Of a DNA stretch of 53,200 bases, positions 10,416-22,400 are shown piece after piece (the stretch's first letter is position 1; each line of letters opens with the position of its first letter). The DNA comes from an uncultured Clostridia bacterium (GTDB lineage Bacteria > Bacillota > Clostridia > TANB77 > CAG-508): the NCBI GenBank assembly GCA_944393315.1, contig CALXZT010000002.1, forward strand, positions 1 through 53,200. Reading direction: 5' to 3'. The notes under the pieces are model-generated. The model had not been told where the DNA came from, did not search any database, and was given only the letters and a program-made list of their open reading frames with translations. A program made the position numbers and the translations under genes.

Positions 10416-13400
10416 TTATAATACAAATTTCTTAATAGCAATTCCACCTACTAGTATTATTAATAATAACACTATAATTAAGTTAATATATATACTTTGA
10501 ATTCCTCCACCTTGATTTACTGATAATAATACTGTTGAAGTATCTGTGTCATCTTCTCCATATTTTTTATTATTTGGTGTTGAATCTCTGTCTGATACAT
10601 TATCATAATTTTTAAATTCTGAAATTTCTGCCATGTTTACTTTCGTTCCTAATGTATTTACTCCATTTTCCCATGTTAGAATTACTTCTACCTCTGCACT
10701 TTCTCCTGCCTGTAATGTTGTTTCAGACAATTGTTTTGTTGAAATCTCATTGTTTCCTTTATCTACCCAACCTGTGTTATCTTCTGGCATGAATACTAGC
10801 CCTTCAGGTACATAATCTGTTATTTCTGTTACTTCTCCTGATATTTGTCCTTCATTTGTTACTTTTATTGTATATGCAAATTTTATTACTGTTTTATTTA
10901 TATTGTGTTTACTTATTTGTACATGTGGTACTATGTCTGTTTCCGCATTTCCTGTATTTTCAGTATATGATGTTCTTTCTTGTCCATTTTCATTTACAAA
11001 TATTTTTGTTATATATTTTTGTAAACTTAAGTCAAAATATTCTACTTTTATCTTTTCTACATCTTCGTCATCCTCTTTTGGTGTGATTTCACCATTGTTA
11101 GGTATTGAGTCTTTATCTTTTATTTTGTCTCCATTTCTGTCTGAAATTTCAGCAATTTGGACAAAGTTTACTATTTCATATTCTATGCTATTTGGGTCTT
11201 TTACTTTGAAGGCCACTTTTATTTCTTTGTAATGTGGATTTGTTTCACTAATTCTCTCATTTGGATCAAATGCTTTTATTAAATTTGCATCTTTGTTTGT
11301 CTCTTTATTTCCGCTTTCTACCCCTTTTCCTTTTGCCAAATGTGATGTATTTATGTATGTTGCTTTTTCTACATCGTCTGTTTCTTTTCCATCCTTGTTA
11401 TACATTACCCATTCATTTTCTACATTTATGCTATGTTCTGGTAAATATTCTAGATATTCTGGTATATCATTTTTTATTGTTTTTGCATATCCGTCTATAT
11501 CTCCTTCATTATATACTCTTATTGTATATATTATTGTGTCTCCAACATGTACTGTTAGTGTATCCTTTACGTGTGTATAAATCATCTGTTTTGCATTTCT
11601 ATCATACCTTACTATTGGAACTCTAACTGTTAGTTCTTGATTTTCTACTTCTGTTATGAATTGCTTTAGAGTTAAGTCAAATTCATGTAACTCTAAAATT
11701 TCTATGTCTAAGTCGTCTTCAGTTTGCCATTTATCAACATCATCTGTATTTCCTGGTATTGAGTCTGTATCTATTACTTCTTTTCCGTATTTATTACTAT
11801 TCTCTGTTATTTGAGCCACATTTAATAATGAATCTTGTTTTGTTATGTCTTCTTTTACTTTACATACTATGTAAAGCTCTTGGTAAGAGGCTTCGCCTTC
11901 TCCAGTATATGCTTTTAATATAGTAGAATTTTCTTTACCTTTATTTACATCTTTTTCATATGACAAGTAATCTGTTTGATATTTGTTTCCGCTTCCTTCT
12001 ACTAATTTCCATCCATAGTCTACACCTTTGTAGATACTTGAATAGAATTCTAATCCTGATGGTAATGTGTCTGTTATTAAACTTGCATAACCATCTTGTT
12101 CACCTTCATTATATACTACTATTGAATATGTTACTAAGTCTCCTGGCTCTACTCCTGGTATAGACTCATATTTGTTATAGTAATTATATATTGTGTTTGT
12201 TTTGCTTGAGTTTGTGTCTAGTACTGCACCTCTTGAATATTCGCTTGTTTTTTTCGTGTCTAAATTTTCTATTTGGACAATACTTTTTCTTAAGCTTAGG
12301 TCAAAGATTTTGATTATTATGTTATCTTGGTCTTCGTCATCTTCTGTTTCAATAAATTCTGTAGGTACTGAATCTCTGTCTGATACGTCTGCTATTTTCC
12401 CATTTTCGTCAACTGCTTTATCTTGCGATATTGCTGCTTCATTTATTATTAATTTTGCTTCTTCAACTCCTGCTTTTACTTTTAAAATTACTGATACTTC
12501 TGCATAGTCTATGTTATTTTGTTTGTCTGCATAGTCTATATTTTCTTTTCCATAGCCTTTTAATAATCTTTCAGATAGAGCATCTGTTGTTAATGTTTTT
12601 GCCGTTTTATTATAGTTCCACTGTGCATTTATTTTTTTAACTTTTTCATATGTTTCTTGTGACATTTCTTCTGGTTTTATATCTGATACTTCGACAAATT
12701 CTAACTCTTCTGGTATTTTTGCAAAGATTTCTGTTGCATATCCATCATAGTCACCTTCGTTATATATTCTTATGGTATAGGTTATATAATCTTCTGCTTC
12801 CACTTTTATTGGTTCTTTATCTAGTACATATTTTCCTGTTGTTACCCATTGGTTAGTATTTACATCATATGTGTTAAGTGCACTTAAGTCAACAGATTTT
12901 ATTCTGTTTTCTACTTTTATGTTGTTAATTTCTGAAATGTATTTTATTAGTTTTAAGTCAAATGTTTTTTGAGTATTTATTATGCTTACATTGTTACCAT
13001 TTTGAACATAAGTTGTTATATAATCATCATTATATTTTTCATTGTTCTCAATAGCTTCATTTTCAGCATTTATTTCTTTTACTGTATATGATATAGGTTT
13101 TCCATCTTTATTTAGTGGCAGGTCTCCCCATGTGAATTTCCAATTGTTAGAATCGTCTAATTGTATTTCATTACCTTTTCTTACTCCATTTGCAAATAAT
13201 GCAACTTTTACACTATTTGGTCTTAACATATATTGATTATTGTTGTCATTCCACATTTTCTCTACTGATACATCTGTTGTTAAAATTTCGTGTATATTAG
13301 TTATTATAAAGCTATCTTTGCTACATATTACTTCATAATGTTCTAATAAGTCTATTTCTTGTACTGTATATACTATTTCTTGTCCTTGTTTGTTTTTTGG

Positions 13401-16400
13401 TAAATTAGACCATGTATAGCTCCAGTTATTACTTTCACTTAGTGTTACTTTGTATTCTTCTCCTTCTAATATTTTATAATTTGCAAATAATTGTACCTGT
13501 ATACTCTCTGGTCTTAAGCCATCTTGGTCATTATTGTCATCCCATATTTTTATTACTGTTTTTTCAGTAATTTCTTGGTCATGTTCATTAGTTATTGTAA
13601 AAGTGTCTTCGCTATATGATACTTCATAGCCTTCTGGTACACTTACTTCTTGCAATGTATACCTTATTGGTTTTCCTTCTTTATTTTTTGGTAAGCTATT
13701 CCATGTATAACTCCAATTATTATCTTCGTTTAATTTTACTCTACATTCATTTCCCATTAGTTCTGCACCATCTGCATATAGTTGTACTTCTATACTTTCT
13801 GGTCTTATTCCATCTTGATTATCATTGTCTTTCCATATCTTTGTTACTGTTTTTTGGATAGTTTCTGGTGTATGACTATTTGTTATTGTGAAGGTATCTT
13901 CACTATATGAGGTTTCATAACCTGTTGGCTCACTTACCTCACCTATTGTATATTTAATTTCTTTTCCATCTTTATATTTTGGTAAGCTATTCCATATATG
14001 TTTCCAATTGTTGTTTTCATTTAATGTTATTTTATATTCTACATCTTCTAATGCTGTTCCGTCTGCATATAGCTGTACTTCTATATTTTCTGGTCTTATT
14101 CCATCTTGGTTATTTCCATCTTCCCATATTTTTGTTACTGTCTTGCTTATAACTTCTGGTTTGTGTATATTTGTTATTGTGAAGGTATCTTCACTATATT
14201 TTACTTCATATTGTTCTTGTAGAATTTCTTCTTGTACTGTGTATACTATTTCTTCTCCGTTGTTGTTTTTTGGTAAGTTAGTCCATGTATAACTCCAATT
14301 ATTGCGTTCGTCTAATGTTATTTTATAAACCTCTTCTTCTAATTTTTTGTAATTTGCAAATAATTGTACTTCTACACTTTCTGGTCTTATTCCATCTTGA
14401 TTATTTCCATCATCCCATATTTTTGTTACCGTTTTTTCAGTAAGGTATGGTATATGTGTATTTGTTATTGTAAAGGTATCTTCACTATATGTTACTTCAT
14501 ATTCTTTTGGTATGCTTACTTCTCTTACTGTATATACTATTTCTTTGCCTTCTTTATTTTTTGGTAAGTTAGTCCATTTATAGCTCCAATTGTTATCTTC
14601 ATTCAATTCTATTTTATAATTTTGTGTTTCTAATGGAGTATTATTTGCATATAGTTGTACTTCTATATTTTCTGGTCTTATTCCATCTTGGTTATTTCCG
14701 TCATTCCATATTTTTGTTACTGTTTTTTCAATAAGGTCCGGATTACGTTTATTGGTTATTGTAAGAGTTTCATCATTATATGTTACCTCATAACCATCTG
14801 GTACATTTTCTTCTTGTACTGTGTAAATTATTTCTTGTCCATTATAGTTCTTTGGTAGGTTAGTCCATGTATAAGTCCAATTATTGTTTTTATTTAATGT
14901 TATTTTATAGATTTCTCCTTCTAATTTTTTGTAATTTGCAAATAATTGTACTTCTATACTTTCTGGTCTTATTCCATCTTGGTTATTTTCATCATCCCAT
15001 ACTTTTGTTACTGTTTTTTCAGTAAGGTATGGTATATGTGTGTTTGTTATTGTAAAGGTATCTTCACTATATGTTGCTTCATATCCTTCTGGTATATCTA
15101 CCTCTTTTACTGTATATTTTATTTCTTTTCCATTTTTATTTTTTGGTAGTTTATACCATGAACAGCTCCAATTGTTGCTTTCATCTAATGTTGCTTTATA
15201 TTTACTTTCTTCTAATGCTACATCATTTGCATATAACTGTACTTCTATGCTTTCTGGTCTTATTCCATCTTGATTGTTTGCGTCTTCCCATACTTTTATT
15301 ACCGCTCTTTCAGTTGTTTCTGGAATGTGAGTGTTTGTTATTGTAAAGGTATCTTCACTATATGTTGTTTTATATCCTTCTAGTGTGCCTACCTCTTGTA
15401 CAGTATATTTTATTTCTTGTTCTTTTTTATTTTTTTGTAGGTTAGGCCATGTATGGCTCCAATTATTGTTTTTATTTAATGTTACTTTATATTCTTCGCC
15501 TTCTAGTGCTATACCATCTGCATATAGTTGCACTTCTACATTTTCTGGTCTTATTCCATCTTGGTTATTTGCATCTTCCCATATTTTTGTTACTGTTTTT
15601 TCAGTATTCTCTGATATATGTGTGTTTGTTATTGTAAAAGTGTCTTCGCTATATGTTACTTCATATCCTTTTGGCATGGTTTCTTCTTGCATAGAGTATT
15701 TTATTTCTTTTCCGTCTTTATATTTAGGTAAATTAGTCCATGTATAAGTCCAATTGTTGCTTTCATTTAATATTACTTTATACTCTTCTCCTTTTATTGC
15801 CACACCATCTGCATATAGCTGTACTTCTATATTTTCTGGTCTTATTTCATCTCTGTTATTACTGTCATCCCATATTTTTGTTACTGTTTTTTCTATTTTT
15901 GTTACATAATATATTTTTATTATATTTTGAGCAGTATTATCTGTTATGGTTAATGGTAAGTTTTCTGTTTTCTCTAGGATATAAGCTTCTTTTGTTTTTT
16001 CTTCGTATTCTTCTATAATTTTGCCATATTTTTCTTTTAATATTTCTGTTTGGCTTTCATCTATTTTTCCATCATAATAGTATTCTACTTTATATTCATA
16101 TGATTCTAGCTCATTTGTTACTGTTAGTGTTGGTGCATCTGCTGGAACTCCTACTTGCACTATTTCTTCTGTATAGTTTGCAAGATATGCATTTCCTTTA
16201 TCAAAATATAACATTGTAAAACTTCCATCTGACATTTGCTCTATTTGGTATACGTCATACGATTCTGTACTTGTCTCAACCATGTTTTCAATTTCTAGTT
16301 TTGAATTAAGTTGTAATAAATATCTTTTATATTGACGTGTTCCATCATCTATAGATTTTACACTTTCCTCTAATGCCACATATCCTTCACTTGTCTCATT

Positions 16401-19400
16401 AATATATAGTAAATATGATTCATCACTTTGGACTTTTTCATTATTTATTTTTTTAATATATTCTATTTTTCCTTCTGAATCACATTTTATTGCAATTGCT
16501 TCTGTTTGTTTGTTTTCATCTTTTTCAATAATAATTTGGATTCCATCTGTAGTATCTTCTGCTGGTACTATTATCTGGTCATTATAATCAGTATCTCCTG
16601 ATATTATATAACCTCCATCTGATAAAAATGTTATTGAACTATAGTATATTTGATTTAGTAGATCTTCATTTAATAAAGATTCTTTAGCATATTCTACTTT
16701 TCCTTCTGCATTATATTTTACTATTAGCATTCCTGAAGTTGTTGCATCTAATATAATATCTTCTCCTGATACTGTGTTTTCTCCTGATACTTCAAAGTGT
16801 TCAAATTGTCTGCTCATTATAAATTCGTCATTTTGTGTAGCTTTTAATTTTATAATAGGTTCTCCTGAAAAATATTTTTCAGATGCTCTAACCCACTCTA
16901 CCTTTCCTTGTTTGTTATATTTTATTATGAATGTGTCTCCTTCGCTTATTGATGTTATACTAATACTTTCTTCACTAACTGTTTCTTCTGCTGGTATTGT
17001 TATTGTTCCCATGAATATTCCCATGGCAATGTATTCTTGATTTGTTAATTGTATTGCATTAATTATCATGTTTGCACTTTCTGCATTATCTGATTTTATT
17101 TGTTTTATCCATGATGCTTTTCCATATTCATCTGTATGTATTATTACACCATCTTCAATTCCTACATTTGTTAGCACAATATCTTTATTCTGAGTAGTAT
17201 TTTCTGCATCTATAATTGTTTCTTCAAGTATTCCCCCTGATATTATTAGCCCTTTATCTTTTGAAACTTCTGTTCCAAGTATATCGAAATTATATAGTTT
17301 TTCTGGAATTATATTACTCCACTTTTCTTTTAGTTCTCTTTCTTCTTTTATTGCTGCTTCTATTTCAATAATATATGTTCTATCTTCCTCATTTTCCGGT
17401 AGCGCATAATTGCTTGGTGCTTGCACTTCTGTAATAATATATTTTCCGGGGTTTAGATTTAGGTCAATTCTTCCTTCTTCATCTGTTGTTATAACTTTTA
17501 ACTCTTGCCCATTAATTGTTTCAAGTGTTCCTACTACTTCTCCTTTTCTATCTATTACATCATTTCCTTTTTCGTCTTTAATTGTGAATTTTGCACCTGG
17601 TAATAAAACAGTTTCTTCTTCTCCTTGTTTTATTATTGTGAACAATTTTCTAAATGATGCTACCACATGTTTATCTTCTGATATTTTTGTGAATTTATTT
17701 AATGTTACTGTTCCATCTGCATTTTCTACATATGATATTATTTCTTCATTTATTTTAATTTCTTTTACTACATATCCTTTTTCTGGTGTTACTATTATGT
17801 CTTTAGTAGAATCATATTTAGCTAACACTGTTTCATATGGCTCCTCACCTTGTCCTGATATGCTTCCTCCTACTCCTTCTACTTCTGTTGTAATGTCATA
17901 ATAGTTCTTTTTATAATAGATTTTTATTACATTTTCTTCCGGATTTGTAGTTATTGTTAATGATAAGTTTTCTGATTTGTCAAAGTGATATCCTTGTTTT
18001 ACTTTGTCTACATATGTATTTATTTTACTACCATATTCTGCTGTAAATTTATCTGTTAATGTTTCATCTAATACTTCTTCAAAATAGTATTCTACACTGT
18101 ATTCATATTTTTTTAGCTTATAATAGTAGATTACTTCTGTTTCTTCTTCTTTTATTTTTCCAGTATAATTTTCAGGCATTTGTACTAACTCATAATATTC
18201 TGGTATGTCTGTTGCTGGTTGTGTTTCGTAATTTTCATCTATTACTCCTATTTTTTCTATGTCTTTACTTAATTTTGTTGTGGTTCCTTGAATATAATGA
18301 TGTACTATTACTTTTCCTAATCTTTGCTTATAATAGTAAGTTACTATTACTTCTTCACCTTGATATGTGCCTTCACTATTTTCAGGTACTTCCACTAGTA
18401 AATAATTTTCTCCTAATTGTTCTTGAGTTATAGCTTCTGTTTTATATGGTTCTCCTTCTTCTCCTTCTGAAACTATATCTGTAGCTGTTGTTCCATCTAC
18501 TAATGGTACTGGTGTTTCTGTTCCATCAATATAATGATGTACCGTTAATTTTACTTTTTTAGGTTCATAATAATATGTTACTTCTTGGTCTCCTGATTTA
18601 TATGTTCCTATTGCTTTTTCTGGTATTATGTAATTACCTTCTATATCTTTTTCAAGGGTGTATTTTGCTAAATCCATGTATGGTGCTGTTGTGTAGTTTT
18701 CTCCATCTTTTCCTACTAATATTTGGTCTTCTGCTACTTTTGTTTCTGTTCCTTTTATATAGTGATGTACTATTACTCTTGCTAACTTTCTGTTCTCTAT
18801 TGTAAATTCATGGTTTCCATCTGTCCTAAATTCTACTACTATGGCATTTTCGTTTAGTTCATATCCTTTTGGTGCAACAATTTCTGTTACCGAATATTTT
18901 CCAAATGGTATTTGAGTTATCGCTTGCCCTTGGCTATTTGTTGTTACTTCTGTGTGATATAATTCCGAGTCGTTTAGAGTTAGCTCGATACTATTTATTG
19001 TAAATTTGTCATCACCAGAACTTGTTGATGCATTTTTATAATATCCAAAGTGTAAATAATATTTATTTCCACCTTCTAATGTTGTTGTATAATCTGTTGG
19101 TGTTGTTACTGCATTTGTTGTTCCTGTGATATATATAAGTCTTCCTGTGGTATCACTATATACTGGTGCTGCATTAGTGTCTTTTATGGTTACATATCCA
19201 TAGTCTCCACTTTGACTTGATATATTTGCATTTACTATTAGGTTATATTTACCTTTATGTTTGCTTAAGTCAATTTCTACATATGAGTTTGCTACTGTAT
19301 TATCTTTTCCTTGGTTTGTTGATTCATAAGAACCATTGCTGTTTATAAAATTGTATGTTTCTGTAGTTGTTCCATATAACTTTATACTATTTATTACTAC

Positions 19401-22400
19401 TTGGTCATCATTGGTATCTGTGCTAGTACTTTTTCTATATCCTAAATGTAAATAATATTGGTTTCCTCCTTCTAATATTGCTGATGTATAATCTTTTTCT
19501 GCTACTGTTCCTGATATATACATAAATCTACCTGTACTATTATTATATTTTGGAGCTGTAGTAGTTTGATTTATTGTTGCATAGCCATAATCATAACCGT
19601 TTTGACTAGAAACTGATGCATTTATTACAACCATATATTTCCCTTGTTTCTGAGTTAAATCAATTGGTATATATGAGTTTGCAACAGAATTTTGTACTCC
19701 TGTCGTTGCTCCTTCTACATTTGCTATTTGGTATGTTTTGCTATTTGTTGGTACATATTTTCCATCTTGGCTTGCAAAGTAATAAGTTCCATTATCTGTT
19801 AATGTTCCTAATGCATCTGTTATTTCATTTGTAGTATCTATATAATAATATTCTTTTCCATTATCTGTTAAACTTCCAATTGCTCCTGAAGGTTTTTCTC
19901 TTTCTTCGATTTGATCTAGTTTGAAAGTTGCTCCTGATAATTTTTCTTGAGTATCACTATCTATTTTGTTGATTATTATTTTATTATCTTTTAATGAATA
20001 TGTGACTTCAATATGTTTATTCTCTGTTATATTTCCAAATGGTGGCATTGTATATGTTCCATCTTCATTTGCTGTAAATTTATATTCTTTTCCATTTATA
20101 GTGATTCCTATTATTTCATGGTTTTTTTCTGGTGTCATTATAATTGGATTTGAGTTTGTATCTCCATATTTTACTGTTTCATATGGTATTTCATCTTCTC
20201 CTGAAATGATTCCACCTTTTATTCCATCTATTTCTTTTATGTCTGTTGTTATTTGGAATTCTTTTCTTGTGTTTTCTACTACAAGTTCTTGGATTTCTGG
20301 TGCTCCCATTGATACAATACATTTTCGAACACCTCTTGCTCCAATTACATATGCTCCATCACTTATCTCATCTATTGAACCAATTACAGCTGAATCACCT
20401 ATGTTTTGCGCCCATTCTGCTTCTCCGGTTTTACTAAATTTAATCATTTTATTTCCGGAACGCTTCTCTAGATGTACTCCATTTTCTAAGTCTATTACGT
20501 CGTAGATAGTTGATACTATTACATATCCTCCATCTATTGTTTCAGTAACTGTATTGATACTATCATTACTGCTACTTCCAATGACTTTTTCCCATTCTAC
20601 TTCTCCACTACTACTGTATTTTTTTATTGTGCCATAATTTCCTACTGCTATTATTCCTCCATCACTTGTTTTAGCTACTGATTTGATTTCATCATTATTA
20701 CTAGTATTTCCTATTGTTCTTGCCCATTCTGCTTCTCCATTGCTGCTATATTTGATTATCATTCCATCGGAATAACCTCCAGCAGTATTTAAAGTTACTC
20801 CATTTCCTAGATCTGTATAACCTCTAAAAGATCCTCCTATTATAAATCCTCCATTTGAAGTTGCTGATACTGAATAAATATAGTCTGCGCTACTTCCTCC
20901 TATTGCTTTTGCCCATTCTATGTCTCCACTACTGCTATATTTTATTATCACTCCATCATTAGAACCATTATTATTTAGAGCTACTCCATCTCCTAGGTCT
21001 ATTGTGCTTGATTGAAAATATCCTCCTACTATGTATCCTCCATCTGTTGTTTCTGATACTGAGTAAATATAGTCTTCACTACTTCCTCCTATTGCTTTCG
21101 CCCATTCTGTTTCTCCATCTCTACTATATTTTATTATCATTCCATCATTAGAACCATTATTATTTAAAGTTACTCCATTCCCTAGGTCTATTGTGCTTGA
21201 TTTGAAATAGCCTCCTACTATGTATCCTCCATCTGTTGTTTCTGATACTGATCTGATAAGATTAGCACCAGCACCTCCTATATTTCTTTCCCATTCTACT
21301 TCTCCACTACTACTGTACTTTTTTGTTATTCCATAATGTGTTCCTGCTAACATTCCTCCATCACTTGTCACAGTTACTGATAGAACTGATGCTGTTTGGT
21401 CTATTTGCTTCACTATTACATTTGGTATTTCTATTGGTAAAATCTTAATTATCATCCCATCACTACCAGAAATAGAGCTTAGTTTTATTCCATTTCCTAG
21501 GTTTATAGAACTTCCAAAAGCTCCTCCTATTATAAATCCTCCATCTGTTGTTTCTGATATTGAGTTGATTGTATCAGTAGCAGCTCCTCCTATCTTTCTT
21601 GCCCATTCTGCTTCTCCGTTTCTACTATATTTGATTACCATTCCATCTTCATTACCTCCAGAGCTTGAATAGTAGTTTGATAATGTTATTCCATTTCCTA
21701 GGTTTATACTAGATGATTCGAAAAATCCTCCTACTATATATCCTCCATCTGTAGTTTCTGATAATGATCGAATATTGTCATTGTCACTTCCTCCTATTGC
21801 CTTTGCCCATTCTGTTTCTCCACTACTACTATATTTTATTATCATTCCATCATTATTGCTTGCCGAGCTTAGATAATGTGTTAATGATATTCCATTTTCT
21901 AACTCTATTGTTCTTGAGATGAAAGTTCCTCCTACTATTATTCCTCCATCTGCTGTTTCTGATACTGAGTAAATATAGTCTGAGTCACTTCCTCCTACTG
22001 TTCTTTCCCATTCTACTTTTCCACTACTACTATATTTTATTATTATTCCATCATAAGAACCACTATTATTTAAAATTACTTCATTTTCTAGCTCTATTGT
22101 GCTTGATTGAAAATATCCTCCTACTATTATTCCTCCATTTGAAATTGCTGATACTGAGTAAATATAGTCCGCACTACTTCCTCCTATTGCTTTCGCCCAT
22201 TCTGTTTCTCCACTACTACTATATTTTATTATCATTCCATCATAAGAACCGTTATTATTTAAAACTACTTCATTTCCTAAATCTATTATGCTTGATTGAA
22301 AATATCCTCCTACTATTATTCCTCCATCTGAAGTTGCTGATACTGATAGAAGATTGTCATTGTCGCTTCCTCCTATTGCTTTTGCCCATTCTGTTTCTCC

